Of a stretch of 64,000 nucleotides of DNA, positions 61,096-64,000 are shown one piece after another. Every line of letters begins with the position of its first letter. The first letter of the stretch is position 1. Both the position numbers and the translations under genes were made by a program. The notes below the pieces were generated by a model. It ran no database searches. It saw only the letters and a list, made by a program, of their open reading frames with translations, and was not told the DNA's origin. This DNA comes from Alphaproteobacteria bacterium (lineage in GTDB: Bacteria > Pseudomonadota > Alphaproteobacteria > UBA9219), in the NCBI GenBank assembly GCA_034002905.1, contig JAVEZQ010000006.1, forward strand, positions 8,337 through 72,336. Direction: 5' to 3'.

Positions 61096-61794
61096 ATGGC
61101 CATTCTTCCTATAACCCTTGGTGTCCGGCGCAAGTCGGATGCCAAGGGTCGTTCTAAAAAAAACGGTTTCCCTTCAAAATCCGATATTGAAAAAGTGCTG
61201 TGGCGCGATGCTTTCGCGTGCCGTTGCTGCGGATTTGTCTCAAAGAAATTTCAGCGTGTGATCCCGCTTTGCATTTTGCCTTCGCAGGAAAAGGCGGCAG
61301 ATAACGAGTATGTTACTGTTTGCGCCATGTGCGAGATGACGGCCATGCTGGATCGAGCTGGCGTAACGGGAGCTGGAAATATTATCTGGTTGCCTGAACT
61401 TACTCAGGCAGAACTAAATCATGCGGTACGCGCTCTTTACATCGCAGTGAACTGTAACGATGAAACATTGAAAAAATCGGCGGCTCGGACGCTTGAAGTT
61501 TTGTCCGCGCGTCGGGCTGAGGCAAAGAAACGTCTTGGGACAGATGATCCTTCGATTCTTGCGACAGCCTTTTATGAACGGGTTAAGGCCGAACCCTATG
61601 CCCGCCGTGCCGAGACCATGGAGGGCCTTCGCTTTCTGGCAAATGACCGTTATGTGATGCGTCAGAACGGACAGGAAGTGGATGTCTTTCCCCAGATGTT
61701 GGCTTATTGGACCTCGCCTGAGGGTGCTTTTGCAAAGCTGCCAACAAGTGAATGGATGTCTCTTTTTGAAAAAGCCGGGACAGCAGCTCAATAA
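61096..61794 (+). CDS. icmJ: T4BSS coupling-complex zinc-binding protein IcmJ/DotN
   Basis: 232 aa from the ATG at 61096. The cysteine pairs CRCCGF and CAMCE sit in the arrangement remembered for DotN (CxxC...CxxC). It is in the position after icmD, as in Legionella. Confidence 0.75.
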   Translation: MAILPITLGVRRKSDAKGRSKKNGFPSKSDIEKVLWRDAFACRCCGFVSKKFQRVIPLCILPSQEKAADNEYVTVCAMCEMTAMLDRAGVTGAGNIIWLPELTQAELNHAVRALYIAVNCNDETLKKSAARTLEVLSARRAEAKKRLGTDDPSILATAFYERVKAEPYARRAETMEGLRFLANDRYVMRQNGQEVDVFPQMLAYWTSPEGAFAKLPTSEWMSLFEKAGTAAQ

Positions 61795-61884
61795 GCTATC
61801 GGACCTTTTCTTCTTGACTATTCACAGGGACAGTCTGTCTTGCATTACGCGAAAGGCAGATTGCGCAAAAGATCCTTTTGCTGC

Positions 61885-63093
61885 CTAAGGGGTTGTCGGC
61901 TCGGGAACCTTTTCGGGTTCCGGCACTTCTCCGGCAAGGTAAAAAGCTTTGGTTGCAGCGAAGGGCCCGATTGTTTCAAAGAGGACAATCATTCCAAAGA
62001 CGATGGTGGTTATTTTTTCGCCCATTTCTGGCACCAGATTTGTGCACGTTCCCACCAATCCAATAGCCATGCCGGCCATGGGCAAAAGAAGAAGAGTCGT
62101 TGCCATGGATTGCGTTTTGGAAAACCCCGTTTTTCTGCCAACCAAATAAATGCCGGCAAGCTTTCCGGCAGATCGAACAAAGGCAAGTAATAGGGCCGCC
62201 AAACCAGCTTCCAGAATATAATGCGGGTTAATTTTGGCTCCTGCCAAGACAAACAAAAGAATGATAAAGAGGTCGCCGCCTTCTCCAAGCTCGATTTTCG
62301 ACAGATTGTGCTTTGATGATTCAAACCAGCGTGTCGCTACACCTAAAATCAATGGGGCAAGAAGCGTCGATGTTTGTAGCAGGTCTGCCAACCCTAAGGT
62401 TAGCATGACGCCGCCCACAACAATTGTGAAGCGGTAGTGTTGCCCTTTGGGGGAAAGCATTTTGACGATCCGTATGGAAAGCCATGCAACGAGAGTTCCA
62501 ATCGCAAAAGCGCCAAGCAGGCGGTATAGGGGAAAGGCAATATCTTCGAAAACACTGCTTTGATCGGCTATGGCAAAGGGAAGGGACAGGGAAAAGAGGA
62601 AAAAAGAAGCTAGGTTGTTGAGAGCCACAAGGGATTTTGTACGGTCCGTGACGGTTCCTTTGGTACCGAGTTCATCGGAGAGTTGAACCAGGACGGCCGG
62701 TGAAGATGAAACGGCAATAGCTCCAATAAGCGAGGCCATCAGCGCCCCATAACATAGCGTATAAATGCAGATAAAAACCAACAAGAAAGTCAGGAGGGTT
62801 TCTGCCAAAGACATCATCATGAGCCGTCGTGACCCAAACATGGCCTTGGGATGAAGCATGTTCCCCAGCTTTGTTAGGATCAGGCCCAGAGCTATGTTGA
62901 TCAAAACGGAAGCATCGGTGAGCATGGGGTGTGTGATAAGACCCAAAACATGCGGGCCTATGATAAAGCCCAAAATCATAAACGCCGTAATAGTGGGCAT
63001 CCATTTAATTCGGTTGGCAAGCATCCCCCCCAATACGCCGAAAAGCAAGGAAGAGCCAAAGACGATAAGGGTATTTCCGGCCGAGGGAGTCAT
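61885..63093 (-). CDS. Cation:proton antiporter (Na+/H+ exchanger family)
   Basis: 402 aa with about 11-12 TM helices and no soluble domain. The layout is Na_H_Exchanger-like. Confidence 0.7.
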   Translation of the reverse strand: MTPSAGNTLIVFGSSLLFGVLGGMLANRIKWMPTITAFMILGFIIGPHVLGLITHPMLTDASVLINIALGLILTKLGNMLHPKAMFGSRRLMMMSLAETLLTFLLVFICIYTLCYGALMASLIGAIAVSSSPAVLVQLSDELGTKGTVTDRTKSLVALNNLASFFLFSLSLPFAIADQSSVFEDIAFPLYRLLGAFAIGTLVAWLSIRIVKMLSPKGQHYRFTIVVGGVMLTLGLADLLQTSTLLAPLILGVATRWFESSKHNLSKIELGEGGDLFIILLFVLAGAKINPHYILEAGLAALLLAFVRSAGKLAGIYLVGRKTGFSKTQSMATTLLLLPMAGMAIGLVGTCTNLVPEMGEKITTIVFGMIVLFETIGPFAATKAFYLAGEVPEPEKVPEPTTP

Positions 63094-63181
63094 GATGTTT
63101 TGGCTTTGTAATAGAAAGGGACGACAAATAAAATAGGAGAGTTGGCATTTTATGACAAGTTAGCTCTGCTCCTTTTTTTGT

Positions 63182-63213
63182 AAAAAAACGAAGGGGGGCC
63201 GCGAAAGCCCCCC
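63182..63213 (-). terminator. Rho-independent terminator downstream of groEL
   Basis: The arms ggggggc and gcccccc flank a 7-nt loop. On the minus strand the stem is followed by TTCGTTTTTTT. Confidence 0.75.
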
Positions 63214-63266
63214 TTTTTAGTGGATGACACCTTTGACTTGAAAAGGTGTGCTGGTCGGCCCTGAGT

Positions 63267-64000
63267 TTAGAAGCCCATGCCGCCCATGCCGCCCATATCA
63301 CCGCCGTGACCACCATGGCTTTCAGCCTTCTTCTCAGGCTTGTCGGCAATCATGGTTTCCGTGGTGATCAGGAGGCTTGCAACCGAAGCGGCGTTCTCCA
63401 AAGCCACGCGGACAACCTTGACCGGATCGATAATGCCGCGCTTGATCAAATTATCAAACTCGCCTTTCTGCGCATCGAAGCCATAGCTGGTGTCCTTTTG
63501 CTTTTCATCAAGCAGGGCGCCAACAACAACCGAGCCATCCATACCGGCATTGTCAACGATCTGGCGGATCGGCGCTTCGAGCGCTTTGCGCACGATATCA
63601 ACGCCGCGACGCTGATCGTCGTTAATGCCACGGAATTTCTGGGCATCTAAAGCGCGGATGGCATAAAGAAGGGCTGTGCCGCCGCCGGAGATGATACCTT
63701 CTTCTTTGGCAGCCTTGGTGGCGTGGACAGCGTCATCAACGCGATCCTTGCGCTCCTTCACTTCAACTTCCGTCGCGCCGCCGACGCGGATAACGGCAAC
63801 ACCGCCAGCCAGCTTGGCCAGACGTTCTTGCAGCTTCTCGCGGTCATAGTCGGACGTTGTCGTCTCGATCTGCTGACGGATCTGGGCGCAACGCGCTTCG
63901 ATGTCCTTTTTCTTGCCAGCGCCATCGACGATGGTCGTGTTGTCCTTGTCGATGCGAACCTTCTTGGCGGTGCCAAGCATGGCAAGTGTGACGGTCTCCA
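63267..64000 (-). CDS. groL: Chaperonin GroEL, C-terminal part (the N-terminus lies outside the window)
   Basis: The frame is open to the window edge. The product reads ...[27 protein letters not shown]...[27 protein letters not shown]... and ends with the GGM-repeat tail [12 protein letters not shown]. Confidence 0.95.
   Translation of the reverse strand, partial: ETVTLAMLGTAKKVRIDKDNTTIVDGAGKKKDIEARCAQIRQQIETTTSDYDREKLQERLAKLAGGVAVIRVGGATEVEVKERKDRVDDAVHATKAAKEEGIISGGGTALLYAIRALDAQKFRGINDDQRRGVDIVRKALEAPIRQIVDNAGMDGSVVVGALLDEKQKDTSYGFDAQKGEFDNLIKRGIIDPVKVVRVALENAASVASLLITTETMIADKPEKKAESHGGHGGDMGGMGGMGF

Noticed and set aside
1-64000. Searched for CRISPR arrays, tRNA/rRNA genes, IS elements, integrases and toxin-antitoxin or defence-island content
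   Set aside because: I saw no spaced direct-repeat arrays, no cloverleaf-like or rRNA-like stretches in the intergenic regions, and no transposase, integrase or recombinase-like ORFs. The only repeats are the icmD duplication, the 15-bp tandem repeat and isolated hairpins. This was inspection by eye, so short or degenerate elements could have been missed.

Overview
This is a 64-kb, densely coding chromosomal window of about 55 protein genes. I saw no rRNA, tRNA, CRISPR array, transposase or integrase. The lineage markers point to an alphaproteobacterium. They are a tsaE-kinase-nucleotidyltransferase-addB-addA operon, a DivL-type kinase with Tyr in place of the phospho-His, a GTTC-N7-GTTC SOS box upstream of lexA, a GcrA-like protein, and a ruvCAB-ybgC-tolQRAB-pal block.

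The stand-out content is a Dot/Icm-type (type IVB) secretion system split into two clusters set among housekeeping genes:
- Cluster A (16.5-24.0 kb): icmB/dotO, icmP/dotM, an unknown 182-aa gene, and icmO/dotL.
- Cluster B (53.0-61.8 kb, about 29 kb further on): icmL, icmL2, icmK, icmE, icmG, icmC, icmD, icmD2 and icmJ.

Local peculiarities of these clusters:
- tandem IcmL paralogs
- a three-module IcmC-like protein
- near-identical tandem icmD copies
- a TTAA-N7-TTAA box
- a 15-bp tandem repeat
- a GcrA-like/zinc-ribbon gene at the head of cluster B

Other content:
- flgE-flgK-flgL behind a strong sigma-54 promoter match
- hemN, comM, comEC, gltX, tsaD-gpsA, and a partial groEL
- a MaoC-Pta fusion with ackA
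- nfeD-nfeD-SPFH
- an in-frame fusion of a periplasmic binding domain to YbgC
- an unusually long tolB-pal spacer carrying a perfect 15-bp hairpin

All family assignments come from reading motifs, lengths and synteny by eye. No database search was run. Several starts were moved inward from the ORF track where the track ORF overlapped the upstream gene or preceded an obvious signal peptide.
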